Positions 9,296-22,717 of a stretch of 64,000 nt of DNA are shown in pieces. Where the stretch lies: contig NC_052149.1 of the NCBI RefSeq assembly GCF_902713615.1, forward strand, positions 59,881,443-59,945,442, in the 5' to 3' direction. Source of the DNA: Scyliorhinus canicula. Lineage: Eukaryota. Position 1 is the stretch's first letter. Each line of letters opens with the position of its first letter. The notes beneath the pieces are model-generated. The model ran no database searches, was not told the origin of the DNA, and worked only from the letters and a program-made list of their open reading frames with translations. A program made the position numbers and the translations under genes.

Positions 9296-11950
9296 CGGTG
9301 GGGCAGTTGAGGAAGACAAGAGGGGCGGTGTATGAATATGGGGAGACGGCTAGCAGGATGCTAGCACACCAGTTAAGGAAACAGGAGGCAGTGAGGGAGA
9401 TTGGGAAAGTGAAGGGCAGAGGAGGAAATGCGATTTTGGACCTGGCGGGTGTGAAAAGGATGTTTAGAGACTTTTACAGTAGATTATACGAGTTGGAGCC
9501 CCCAGTCGGGGTGAAGGGGATGGGGCGGGTTTTGGAGGGACTGGAGTTTATAGAGTGGAGGAAGAGCTGGTGGGGGGCCGAGGCATCCTAATTGGGCAGT
9601 TTGAAGTGGTGGAGGCGATGCAGTCGGACAAGGCCCCGGGGCCAAATGGGTGCACAGTGGAGTTTTATAAAAAGTTTTCAAGAGTGCTGGGGTGCTTGCT
9701 GGTAAGGGTCTTTAATGAGGCTAGTGAGTGAGGGGTACTCCCTCCGACGATGTCACAGGCCTCAATCTATCTCATACTGGTGGGATAAGGACCCGGAATA
9801 ATGCGCGTTGTATAGGCCAATCTCCCTTCTATATTTAGACAGCAAGTTACTGGCCAAGATCGTGGCCTCGAGAAAAGAGGATTGTGTGCCAGAGTGATAG
9901 GGGAGGACCAGACAGAGTTTGTGAAGGGGCGGCATTTAACCGCGAACATTAGAAGGCTACTAAATGTGATCATGATGCCCTCTGAGGGAAGGAAGGTGGA
10001 GCTGGTGGCAGTCGCCATGAATGCAGAGAAGGTCTTTGATCAGATGGAATGGGAGTATTTGTGGGATATCCTGGGGTGGTTTGGGCAGAGTTTTGTGGAC
10101 TGGGTACGGTTGCTGTACCAGGCACCAGTGGCGAGTGTGTGGACAAACCAAGTGAGCTTGGATTATTTTAGGCTGCACCGGGGGACTAGGAAGGGATGTC
10201 CACTCTCCCCATTGTTGTTTGCCATGGGCATACAGCCATTGGTGATGGCGCTGAGATCGTCAAAGGACTGGCATGGGATTGTATGGGGGGGGTGGGTGGG
10301 GTGGAGCACAGGGTCTCGCTATATACGGACGACCTACTCTTGTATATTTCTGACCTGCTGGGAGAATTGGAGATATTATGGGGATCCTAGGAAAATTCGG
10401 CCAGTTTTCAGGGTATAAATTGAATACGGGTAAAAGTGAGGTCTTTGTGATCAGGCAAGGGGAAAAGAGAAGAGACTGGGGAGGGGACACCGTTCAAGGT
10501 GGTTGGAGGGAGCTTTAAGTATTTGGATGTCCAGGTGGCGCAGGAGTGGGAGCAGCTACACAAGCTGAATTTGGCTTGGTTAGTGGGATATGCTCCCGAG
10601 TGTCACTGGTGAGGAGGGTGCAGAAGGTAAAAATGATGGTTCTCCCAAGGTGTGGGAGTGGGTGGAGGCGGCTACAAGTTTAGGGGCACTGGTAACGGCA
10701 CCTCTGCCGTTCCCGCCTGCTGGGTACTCCACAAACCCGGTGTTAATGGTGGCCTGGAGGGTGTGGGGAAAGTGGCGGAAGCACATAGGAGTGGAGAGGG
10801 CATTGATATGGACACCTATTTGTGGCAACCATCGTTTTGCTCCAGGGAGGCTGGATGGGGCGTTTCGGAGGTGGCAGCGAGCGGGGATCGAGCAGTTTGG
10901 GGACCTATTTATTGACAGCAGTTTTTCGTGCTGGGAGGATCTGGAGGAGGAGTTTGAGCTGCCCAGGGGGAATGGGTTCTGCTATCTGCAGGCGAAGGAC
11001 TTTGTGCAGAGGCAGGTTTCGACCTTCCTGCACCTACCGCCCCAGGGGATACAGGACAAGATAGTATCGAAAATGGGAGTGGGAAAGGGGACGATCTTAG
11101 AAATTTATAAAGAACTCATGGGATGGGAGGGAACCCCGAGGGAAGCGAAAACAGGAGGCAGAATTGGGCAAGCAATTAGAGGCGGGATTGTGGGAGGATG
11201 CCCTGAGTAGAGTCAACACATCCTTGTCGTGGGCCAGGCTTAGCCTGATACAATTCAAGGTGGGCCACAGGGCGCATATGACTGTGGCCCATATGAACAG
11301 GTCCTTTGAAGGGATGGAGGATAGGTGTGGGTGGTGTGCGGAGGGCACACGAATCATGTCCACATGTTTTGGGCATGCCCAAAGCTTAGGGGACTCTGAC
11401 AAGGATTTGCCGATGTCATGTCCACAGTATTGAAGGTACAGGTGGTCCCGAGTCCAGAGGTGGCGATTTTTGGTGTGTTGGAAGACCTGGAAGTCAAGGG
11501 GGCGAGAGAGGCTGATGTGTTGGCCTTTGCCTCCCTGGTAGCCCGGAGACGGATCTTATTGACGTGGAAGAACTCATAACCCCCAACATGGGGGGTATGG
11601 GTTAGTTACATGGCCGGGTGTCTCAGGCTTGAGAAGATCAAGTTCACACATTAGGTTTCGATGTTAGGGTTCGCCCGGAGGTGGCAGCTGTTTATCGACT
11701 TCTTTGGGGAAAATTAAGCTGTCAGCAGCTATAAAAAGGGGGGGGGGGGAAGAGGGAGGCATGGGGGGGGATGGTTGAGGTGGGAAACAATTAGTGGGGA
11801 AGGGGGACCTGGGAACTGTGTACGCGTGACACATTGGCTGGGTTTGGTTGAAGGTTGGGTGGATGTTATTTGTTCTGTTGTTTGTTCCTCTTGAAAACTG
11901 TTAAAATTATGAAATTCTACATGCCTTAATAAAAATATTTTCAACAAAAA
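9296..11950 (+). mobile_element. L1-clade LINE ORF2 fragment with 3' UTR and A-rich end
   Basis: YEYGETASRMLAHQLRKQ, DQTEFVKGRH, RGTRKGCPLSPLLF, YTDDLLLY, C-terminal CCHC remnant; ends aataaaaatattttcaacaaaaaa; many stops and frameshifts. Confidence 0.88.
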
Positions 11951-12602
11951 AGAAAGTGGCAACACAAGTGGACAAGGTATTCAAGAAAGCATACGGAATG
12001 CTTGCCTTCATGGTACAGGGCATCGAGTATAAAAACTGGCAAGTCATGCTACAGTTGTATAGAACCTTGGTAAGGCTGCGCTTGGAATATTGTGCAGAAT
12101 TCTGATCGCCACACTACCTGAAGGATGTGGAGGCTTTGGACAGGATGCAGAAGTGTTTACGAGGATGTTATCTGGTCTGAGGGTGTTAGCTATGCAAAGA
12201 GGTTGAATAGACTCGGACTGTTTTCATTGAACGATGGAGGTTGAGGGACGACCTGACAGAGGTCTACAAGATTAGGAAGGGCATGGATAGAGTGGATGGG
12301 CTGACACTCTTTCCCAGGGTGGGGAGGTCAGTCACGAGGGGGTATAGGTTTCAGGTCCATGGGGCAAAGTTTAGGGGAGATGTGCGAGGCAAGTTTTTTA
12401 CATAGTGGATGTAGTGCCTGGAACACGCTGTGGAAGCAGATACATAAACTGTGCTCAAAAGGCATCTTGACACATACATGGATAGGATGGGTATAGAGGG
12501 ATACGGCACGAGGAAGTGCTGAGGGTTTTTGGCCAAGGATGGTATCATGACCGGTACAGGCTTGGAGGGCGAAGGGCCCGTTCCTGTGTTGTATTGTTCT
12601 TT
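11951..12602 (+). mobile_element. CR1 LINE 3' end (continuation of 8070-9295)
   Basis: RT C-terminal sequence and tail ggagggcgaagggcccgttcctgtgttgtattgttcttt. Confidence 0.85.
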
Positions 12603-14302
12603 GATCATTCACATTTCTCTCTCTCTCCATGCATCTCCCCACACCCCCAACACTGTCGCTTCTCCCAAAATGTTCACTGTAGACCAGAAATAACTTCCAT
12701 ATGCAAGTGTCTCAATGAGCAAAGCATTTAGAAAATCAGGTATTCAGGCATGGCCAGAAACATGTTAAAAATAGCTTTAAGGTTTGGAATTTCTTATTGG
12801 CAGCATATGAGTATACACATGTTTGGAAATGTTGTCCTTTCCAGCTCACTTAAATCACATTGAGGCTTTGGGTACAAAATTAGATGTCAAATTTGGTGAT
12901 GAAAGGAGTCTCTTTGTATGCATGTGTAATTGGTAATCTAATTCAGTTAGCATGATGCATCTGTATCATTAATGGCCGTCCAATACTATCAGTTCTTTGC
13001 AAACTCTTTACTTAGATTATATATTTCAAAATACTGCTAACTTCACAGCATGCAACGACTTCTTCGTCATATTTTATGTAACTGTCAAACTCGCAAAGTG
13101 CACCACAATAAATTGATAAAGCATAATGGATTTTGCTCAACTGCTTTATCTGTGATTCAAGGATTACTCAAAATTGTGAATGTTTTGTTCCAAATAGGTT
13201 ATTCAGTAAGCAACCAAAGGTAGATTCATATGTAACACGTCCTCTTTAATGTGTTTTTAAGTCATTTGGAACATGGACTATTTTTGATGTAGTTATGGAA
13301 GACAATCAGTGTTGAATGTAAAGAAGACTGCATTTTGCATTAAGGTACAGCAGCAGACTGCTGAACAGCAGATATTTCAATTTATGCTTCACAAGAAACC
13401 AGTTGGCTGTTGTTATTGGTGGAATATCATTAGCCTTCATCTGTTCAGACCTCCACTTTTACATAAACTCTGTAACCCTTGACCCATACTGTTATTAGTT
13501 TGATCATTCAAAAGATCATATTCCTCAGTTTCCATACCATAAAGAAAGTTATCTTTATACATGTAAATATTTTAAATGATACTTTAATAAATTCAATACA
13601 CTATAATTTGTTTTTTAGATTCCATAATGTGTACATTTAATTGTCAGAATTAATTCCAGCAAAATACCATCACTTTTTATCAATAAAGGCCATCAAATAT
13701 CCTTTTATTACTACTGTACGTCAAGGACGTTATGGGATGTAAACAATTACTGTAAAACTAGTCAATGGGCGGCAAGAAGAAAATCATCACATTAAATCAA
13801 CGTGTGAAAAAAAACCAGCAGGATATATGAACAGGGTGATGACAGTCACCCAAATCAGAAATCTGCGCATGAATACTTTTAGCATAAGGAATAGAACAAA
13901 TTAGTTAGGAGCATATATTGGATTAATGGGCATTATGTAGTCGTCATTACACAGATTTGGCATACCAGCTCATGCCTGAATCAAGAGGCTTGAACTTTAG
14001 TGAAACGTGGTCCTGAATACACATTAGCATAGCATATGAAGATTTCAATTCTGGACCACCTGCATCACCAGCAACCATGCTCTGTACAACCTGGGAGAGG
14101 CAACTTGAGCAGGCTACAGCAGAACTGGAGATACGGGGTTGGGAGAGGGGGGGATGGTGGGTGGTGCAATCATGACTGCTGTGGAATCAGACAAGCTCTC
14201 CTGGCTGTTTTATAAACCATTTTAAAAACATATTAACTTACCAGAAGCTGGTTCCTACGGGGATTGCCAAAGATTCCACATTCATTTCTCAATGGAGATT
14301 TG

Positions 14303-14352
14303 ATAGGATAGACAGAGAAACCATTTCATAGGATAGACAGAGAAACCATTTC
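14303..14352 (+). repeat. 25-bp perfect tandem duplication inside a decayed CR1 3' end
   Basis: ataggatagacagagaaaccatttc x2. Confidence 0.9.
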
Positions 14353-15014
14353 CTCTGCCTGAGAGAATTCATAATAATGGTTCAAAGTTTTTTACTGCAA
14401 AAATTATTGGAAATTAGGAATTCATTCCACCAAAAGACTGTGCATGCTCGGTCAATTGGATGTTTCAACTTTAAAATTGGTAAAGTTTTTGTTTGAGTGG
14501 GTATCATTGCATGTGGAACTCAAGTGGGCAAATGGAGTTGAGGCACAGATCACCCATGATCAAAGTGTATGGTGGAACAGGCTAAAATGATTGAAAGGCC
14601 GACTTCTGAGCGGGGAGGCTGAACAGCAGCAGGTGTGGTCCCGATCGGTCCCAAAGTCATAGACAGACAAAGAGATGTGGTGCTGCCATTAGAATCTAGG
14701 GAGCTGGGTAAGGAAACTGGTAAGAAGAACTTCAAAAATACTCATTTCCAAATAACACCTGGTATCATGTGCAAACAGATTTAGAAAAAGGAGGATAAGG
14801 TAGGTGAATGCATGATTAGAAAGATGGTGCAGAAGGTCGAGCTTTAGATTCCTGGGACATTGGGAACAGCATTAAGTGACGCACTTTGTACAGACCTGAA
14901 CACAACCCACTAATTTTCGTGCTAAGGATTTAAATGAATTTGGCAGGGGTGTGGGAACCAGGAGGTAATACGAAGAGTGGAGTTAAAACATTACTACCTG
15001 AAAATGTATTTTTC

Positions 15015-15228
15015 TTTTCTAATTTAGAGTATCCAATTCATTTTTTCCAATTAAGGAGCAATTTAGCGCGGCCAATCCACCTACCCTGCACATCTTTGGG
15101 TTGTGGTGGCGAAACCCATTCAAACATGGGGAGAACGTGCAAACTCCACACGGACAGTGCCCCAGAACTGGGATCGGACCTGGGACCTCGGCGCCATGAG
15201 GCAGCTGTCTTAACCACTGTGCCGCCCC
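15015..15228 (-). mobile_element. HE1-like V-SINE, short-tail type
   Basis: tRNA-like head, V-domain (gtgtggagtttgcacgttctcccc), tail aattggaaaaaatgaattggatactctaaa. Confidence 0.85.
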
Positions 15229-15959
15229 TGGAAATGTATTTACGGCATTCTATGTCATTATCCATTTAATTTAGTAGTTACTTTGTCACATCTCCCAATA
15301 AACCACTGGAAACAAGTGTGTTTTCTACACAATTGATAATTATTATATCTTTACTCATTTCCTTCAAATGCCACCATTTTCCAAAAACGGAATATTTGCC
15401 AATGAAAGATGCCAAAACTGACTGTGGGTAGGCGGGCTGATGTAAGTGCAGCTGAAGTGGCTGTCATTTACAATAAGTTATGTGCTTAAGTAAAGCAGGC
15501 TCGTGATGAACAGATGCCATTAGCATATACAATGTTTCATTATTAAAGCAGATGTATACAGAATTTAAAGCAAGGTTCAAAGACATTAAAGTCCATATTT
15601 TAACTTCCAGTGAGAGTTGTGCAGACAAGGGTCTAGGCCGATGTGAAATTGTCCAGTCCTCAGCATAATATGTCCTGTAGTATTTAACTCTCGGGGCTCC
15701 TGAATATGCCTCACATCCGATTTCCGGCCCCAGCCCCAACCCCGTGGAATTTCAGGCAGGTACCTGACACTTCCTGTCGGATTGTGGCATAAAGGTCCAC
15801 AGTAGTCAGGTAACTAGCCATGATGGGAATCGGCAGGCATCCCTGTTAATAAAGGAAGCATTCAGCAGGTGGAGTTCAAGATTTCCTTGCTGGCCCTGGT
15901 GTAACACTCCTGTTCAAGATCCAAAAGGCAACTAAAACTAAACAAGCAGATAGGATTCT

Positions 15960-16390
15960 AGCAGATCGGAGACACTACTGCCACTGTGCATCAGTGATAG
16001 AAGGAACAAATCTTTAAGGTGGTTGATGGGGTGCCAATCAAGTGGGCTGCTTTGTCCTGGATGGTGCGGAGCTTCTTGAGTGCTGTTGGAGCTGCACTCA
16101 TCCAGGCAAGTGAAGAATAACCCATCACACTCCTGACTTGTGCCTTCTAGATGATGGACAGGCTTTGGGGAGTCAGTTACTTGCCGCAGAATTTCCAGTG
16201 TCTGACCTGTTCTTGTAGCCACAGTATTTATATAGCTGGTCCAGTTCAGTTTCTGGTCAATGGTAACCTTCAAGATGTTGTTATTGTGGGTTTCAGCAAT
16301 GGTAATGCCATTGAATATCATGGGGATATAGATAGATTCTCTCTTGTTGGAGATGGTTATTGCCAGGTATTTGTGTGGGGCAAATTTTTC
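15960..16390 (-). mobile_element. CR1/L2-group LINE RT C-terminal fragment
   Basis: ORF remnant NILKVTIDQKLNWTSYINTVATRTGQTLEILRQV. Confidence 0.7.
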
Positions 16391-16479
16391 CATGAAATAA
16401 CAAATGTACTCTTCCTTGGTTTCTGAAATGATTGCTAATCAGATTAAACAATACCTGTTTAATGAGGAAATACAATTAC

Positions 16480-16571
16480 CTTATCAGAACTATCTTGACA
16501 TTGGATGGAGCATTCTTAATAATTGCTGATGCATTTTGATGGCTTCTTCCATAAAGTATTTGGTTATTAAT
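16480..16571 (-). CDS. PATJ: PATJ coding exon, C-terminal part of the PDZ domain ([31 protein letters not shown])
   Basis: 92 nt, tgtcag| acceptor and AAG|gtaat donor; phase 0 in, phase 2 out; continues the previous exon in frame. Too short for the ORF track. Confidence 0.93.
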
Positions 16572-17239
16572 CTGACAAATAGAAAAGAGCCAGTGAATAA
16601 CAATTACAAAAGATGCTAGCTATAAGTTACTAAAACAATTAAGATACAAAGTAATTCTGAATAGAGTTTTGTTACTCAATATTCCAGAAAATCATTTACT
16701 AGAACCAGAGGCCTAAGATGGGGAAATACAGATAAAAGGAATAGAAGAAATGGACAATGAGCTGGAATGCAAGTTATGGAAAGTTGACCAAAAGAATGTC
16801 AGTGAGGACAGAAATAATGTACTAGTGCAGGATAGAATGTATACACAACTTAAAACTGTGAACAAGTGGGAATATATGCAGTGTGGATAATGCAAGGGCA
16901 ATTAGTAAGACATCAAGGGAACAATAAGGTTTATGCAGCAGCAGAATAGAACCACACAATTTGGTGACATGATGGGAGCACCACCACCTGGAGGTTTCCC
17001 TCCAAGTCACTCACAATCCTGATTTGGAAATATATCATTGTTCTTTCATTGTCACTGGGTCAAAATCCTAGAATTCTCTCCCCAACAGCACTATGGGTGT
17101 ACCTACACCTCAGGTACTGCAGTAGTTCATTCAAGATGGCAGCTCACCACCACCACCACAAAGGCATTTAGGGATGAATGATAAATGCTGTCCTAGCCAG
17201 CATCTCGTAAATTAAGTTTTTAAAATCCCATAGTTCATA

Positions 17240-17578
17240 GATCATCATGGAATCTCTTCAATGCAGAAGGAGGCCATTCGGCCCATTGCGTCTGCACCGA
17301 CTCTATGAAGAGTAGAGCGGAAGACCACTGCACCTAAGCCACATTCCCTGCCTTATCCCGTAACCCCACCTTGTCTTTGGATACTAAGGGGCAATTTATC
17401 ATGGCCATTCACTTAACCTGCACATCTTTGGACTATGGGAAGAAACCGGAGCACCCGGAGGAAAAACACGCAGACATGGGGAATGTGCAAACTGCACACA
17501 GTTATCTGAGATCAGAATCAAACCTGGGTCTCTGATGCTGTGAGACAGCAGTTCTAACCACTGTGTCACCATGCCCCC
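17240..17578 (-). mobile_element. HE1-like V-SINE with CR1 tail
   Basis: V-domain and gggccgaatggcctccttctgca tail. Confidence 0.85.
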
Positions 17579-18405
17579 AAATTATATCATTAAAAGTTAA
17601 TATTTTTGGCCATCTCTTTCTCAACACTTTAAATTGTACATCAATTAATCAACTGTCAGCAAGCCAGACAGCATCTTTCTTTTACAAATACACAGGCACA
17701 AAGAGGTGTTGAAAAATGTGCTATTGGTAATTTAATTTGTGTATGTCACTGATAAGTTATCCTATTAGCACATTTGCATATATTGCACAGTTCATCTGCT
17801 TAACTATATAACTGGCTGAGCACATAGTCAATGGAAGAAGATTCAACAATGGGTATCTAGGTTAGACTCGTCACTATTTTCTGTTCAACAGGGCTCAAGG
17901 ACTCTTCAAAAATGCTATAGTTAATGGAATAATTTCTGAAATATAGTCACTTGTAGGAAAGTCCGGCAGCCAATTGCTACACAGCATGTCACATAAAATG
18001 CAACAAAATGAATGGCCAGTTAATCTCTTTTGGTGGGATTGCTTGAATCATAAATGTCAATTAGAACATCAAAATCACCAAGCACTTTCTTTTAAAAAGT
18101 ACCATGGAATATTTTACATCTATCAAAATGCACTCAACTTCAAGAGTGGGGTACGAAAACACATATTTCTGACTCAGGCAATGGACTTGATGAGACAGTT
18201 AATGTGGATAAAAGTAGTTTGAGGATGTTCTCAACCTGTAGCATGCTCTGAGGGTAGGAGGATGATGACTTGACCAAGGAGGGAAAGGCATGGTATACTC
18301 CATATGGTTAAAGCAAATGTGATGGTTGTTAAAAAAACAGTTATGCATCTGGTAAACTCAAGAACTGTACTCCGGAAACATTGGGAAAGGAATAAGTAAA
18401 GCCAT

Positions 18406-18728
18406 TCATAGAATCATAGAATCCCTACAGTGCAGAAGGGGGCCATTCAGCCCACCAAGTCTGCACTGACTCTCCGAAAGAGCACTCCACTTAGGCCCAA
18501 TCACCCTCCCACTCTCCGTAACCCCGCATAATCTTTAGACACTAAGCGGCAACTTATCTTGGCCAATCCACCTAACCTGTACATCTTTGTACTGTGGGAG
18601 GAAACCGGAGCATCCGGAGGAAACCCACACAGACACAGGGAGAATGTGAAAACTCCACACAGACATTTGCCCGAGGTCGAATCGAACCTGGGTCCCTGGC
18701 GCTGTGAGACAGCAGTGCTAACCACTGT
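18406..18728 (-). mobile_element. HE1-like V-SINE with CR1 tail
   Basis: V-domain; (ttctatga)n terminus. Confidence 0.85.
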
Positions 18729-19207
18729 AATGGGGATGAGGACATCAGAAACAGAGATGAAGGAATGGTGAAGCAGGCCACTCATGATAGGAATTGGTAT
18801 AGAGTGAGAAAGGGAGTTGGAAATTCAAGAGCATGCTGCTGAGGAAACAGGGCAAGTTATTTTCCTGGAACAAAAAGTGAATGTACAGCAGTTAAATGGA
18901 GTACGATGGTGTTGGTTAAAAATATAAAGAGATACCTTTTATTTATGAGTTAAACCTCAGAGTTGGCACAACCTCATGAAATGGTGAGACTGAAGGGTCA
19001 CTATTTGGAAGTTTATGTGATGAAAGGTTAATTGAAGACAGGAGCACATAATTATAATTTCTAAGAACGGAGTTTTTGGAGACTAATAGAAGATGGGCAT
19101 TCTAAAAGAGAATTTGTGGTGTGGAAGATAGTAAATTGCTTCAATGAGGAAAATATATCAGAAGAATAAGTGAACCATATGGCTGGCCTTACTGAACCTA
19201 GCATGTT

Positions 19208-19552
19208 TAGAACATAGAACAGTACAGCACAGAACAGGCCCTTCGGCCCTCGATGTTGTGCCGAGCGATGATCACCCTACTCAAACCCATGTATCCACCC
19301 TATACCCGTAACCCAACAACCCCCTCCCCCTTAACCTTACTTTTTAGGACACTACGGGCAATTTAGCATGGCCAATCCACCTAACCCGCACATCTTCGGA
19401 CTGTGGGAGGAAACCGGAGCACCCGGAGAAAACCCACGCACACACGGGGAGGACGTGCAGACTCCGCACAGACAGTGACCCAGCCGGGAACTGAGCCTGG
19501 GACCCTGGAGCTGTGAAGCATTTATGCTAACCACCATGCTACCGTGCTGCCC
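19208..19552 (-). mobile_element. Young full-length HE1-like V-SINE
   Basis: Nearly identical to 22375-22717; tail caacatcgagggccgaagggcctgt...tgttctatgttcta matches the CR1 end at about 32365-32420; flanked by catgtYta (probable TSD). Confidence 0.9.
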
Positions 19553-20664
19553 ATGTCTACATTAAGACCACATTAAGAATTGAACCATAAACCCTCTACC
19601 CTGTTAAATTGGTTGACAAAAGATTTCATCTCCACAATAGCACAGAAATGTTTCTCTCGATAAGTTGAATCATTTACAGAATTTGTTGAGCAAACCATTA
19701 ATGACAGCAGTGCTGTAATAGGTATAGGGTGAGGAGAAGGGGAGGTTTTCTGTGCCTAAGAAGCCGGAGATGTTTTCTGTGGCTATGTTGTTATGAATGC
19801 TTTTTATATGGACATAAATTGGGCTGGCTCAAAACCAAGAGTGATTGCAACTAGTTAAAACTCTTTGATTCTTCAGGATTTCTGGTTCTAGCTAGTTGCT
19901 GGCTATTTAGCAAACAGAGATGGTGACTGCAATTTCAGTGTTGATTGTTTTTTTTAACCTCTCTGAAAGTGGAAAGCTGATTTTAACTCCTGGCTGGAAG
20001 CCAGTGGAAGCAGTTGGCAATTCGAGTGGGAGTGAGAGTCAGAAGATTTTAGCTGACATGCCTCATTTGAATGCGCCTGTCAGGTGCTCAGGCATTTCCA
20101 GCAGAAAGTGGCAGCTGGCCAGCAACAGCAGATGCCAAGGCCAGGAGCACAAATGTTGCAAGGGTCTTTCTTGTGACTAGGGGGAGAACACAGGACAGCA
20201 GAGGGTCAGACTTCCTTTGGAGGGCCTGGAGGAGTTACTGATCTCAACTGTGATGAAGCAATGGAAAAACAATACACATAACCCCCACAGTGAGGGAGAC
20301 AACAAATCAGGAAATACTCATATCTATATCACCGCACAACACTTCTTGCAATCACAGAAACAGATTGCCAGTCTGGTTGACGGGGTTGGCATACAGAAAG
20401 CAGAAAGGAAGTGTCACAGACAAAACATGTCTACTTTGAAAACTGGTAAGATATATTGACATTTAAGGAAATCACCTAATCTAACATTGTAATTTATTAG
20501 TACCCAGATGAATTTCTGATGGTTCTGAAATTTGTGATAAATTAACAATGGTCAATTTTGGCAGTGGTTTGTAGCTTCTTGTGGCAAATAATCATTAGTT
20601 GAAGAGGAATACTGAATACTGCCAAACTTTATCAACTGGTGCTTTCTAAGTGTCCAGTTTGATT

Positions 20665-21056
20665 TTGTAAATTTAGAGTGCCCAATTCTTTTTTTTCCCC
20701 AATTAAGGGGCAAGTTAGCATGGCCAATCCACTTACCCTGCACATTTTGGATTATAGGGGTGAGACCCACGCAGTGACTGGGAGTGCTGGTTTAGCACAG
20801 TGGGCTAAACAGCTGACTTGTAATGCAGAACAAGACCAGCAGAGCGGGTTCAATTCCCGTACCGGCCTCCTCGAATAGGCACCGGAATATGGCAACCAGG
20901 GGCTTTTCACAGTAACTTCATTGAAGCCTACTTGTGACAATAAGCGACTATTATTAATGTGCAATCTCCACATGGACAGTGACCCGGGGCCGGGATAGAA
21001 CCGGAGTCCTCAGTGCTGTGAGGCTGCAGTGCTAACTACTGCGCCCCCATGCTGCT
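20665..21056 (-). mobile_element. Short-tail V-SINE interrupted by a plus-strand short SINE (about 20780-20955)
   Basis: V-SINE halves flank gggagtgctggtttagcacagtggg...gacaataagcgactattatta. Confidence 0.8.
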
Positions 21057-22374
21057 CTTCTAAGTGCTCAGTTAAGCTAATGATTACGTGTATTCATTAA
21101 TTGCTTTGGTTAAGTGACTTTATTAAAGATTTTTGTTCTTTGATAGAAAGATGGGTCTTATTACTTTTAACAACAGTCTCGGGGATGCAAAGAATAGTAA
21201 GCCTGGTCAATTAGCGAGCCAGGGTACCTTTTTTTATAAGTTTTTAAAAAACGTATTCATGATTGTGAGACCCCATTGTCTTTTTAGGGTATTTCTCCAG
21301 AAAAAAGACATGCATTTAAATAACAACTCTCATGATCACAGGGTGTCCCAAAGTGCCTTATAGCTAACGGGTTACTTTTGAAGGACAGTCACTGTGGTAA
21401 TGTAGGAAACATAGCAGCCAATTTACACACAGCAAGTTTCCAAACAAGCAGAGTTGTTATAACAATCAGAGATTGTTGGACTTCCACTGGCAGCCATGGG
21501 GTGAGTGGTAGCATACAGGGTGACTTCTGCTTGAAGGTGTTGGTTTTGGCTGTTTTTACCCACGTTCTCGGTAGAATCGGTGGAAAAGTGGAGCGGAGAG
21601 TATAAGGGAAGACGTTCTCCCCTGGATGGGCATGTTTACGGGCTATCAGATCCAGCTGAAGACAGTGAAAGACCTGGCGAAAGAGTTGGTGGCTCAGAAA
21701 ATGGCAGAGGGGAAAGCTCATTGTAAACGGGAAAGCTGAAGGTGGAGCAATTGATGAACTTCATTAAAGAGGAGTTTTGGCAGCAAAGTAAGGAAACGCA
21801 GAGTGACTGTTTAAAGGCAAGTGAGAGGGCAGTGTCACCTCTTTGAGGTTCCCAGGAATGGGTGGAAAAGTACCTCTATGCAGGGTGCGACGATCCAGGA
21901 GGTGGAGAAGGTGATGTCCGACCAGAGTGATCGTATTGTGTTGCTGGAGGAGGAGATGGCAATCATGCAGGATTTGTGCAAGTCCCTGCAGTCAAAGATG
22001 GTGGACCAGGAGGCAAAGTTTGCAGATTGTGGGTCTGCCAGATGGAGTGGAGGGAACGAGGATGTTGGCCAGGTTGGTGGATGAGAAGGTGCTGGACAAG
22101 GCCCAGAAGTGGACCAGGCCCATAAGTCCCTGAGGCCGATATCAAGAGCGATGGAGCCGCAGTAATCCAGCGGATGCACAAGTTCCAGGATAAAGAAAAG
22201 ATCCTGAGGTGAGCCAGGGCACCGAGGATCTGTGAATGGGAGGGAAACCGAATCAGGATATATCAAGACATTGGAGCAGAGCTGGCCAGGAGGTGGGTGG
22301 GGTTCAACAAAACCAAGGCAGTGCTGGACTGGCCAAACTTTATGAGGACCAAGAAAATTATTTTCGGGCGTATT

Positions 22375-22717
22375 CATAGAACAGTATAGCACAGAACAGG
22401 CCCTTCGGCCCTCGATGTTGTGCCGAGCAATGATCACCCTACTCAAACCCACGTATCCACCCTATACCCGTAACCCAACAACCCCCCCCCCGCCCCTTAA
22501 CCTTACTTTTTAGGACACTACGGGCAATTTAGCATGGCCAATCCACCTAACCCGCACATCTTTGGACTGTGGGAGGAAACCGGAGCACCCGGAGGAAACC
22601 CACGCACACATGGGGAGGACGTACAGACTCCGCACAGACAGTGACCCAGCCGGGAACCAAACCTGGGACCCTGGAGCTGTGAAGCATTTATGCTAACCAC
22701 CATGCTACCGTGCTGCC
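22375..22717 (-). mobile_element. Young full-length HE1-like V-SINE
   Basis: Near-identical to 19208-19552. Confidence 0.9.

Noticed and set aside
14236-14260. Perfect minus-strand donor CTG|GTAAGT
   Set aside because: No convincing acceptor or PATJ-like frame, and the flanking exons already join in phase.
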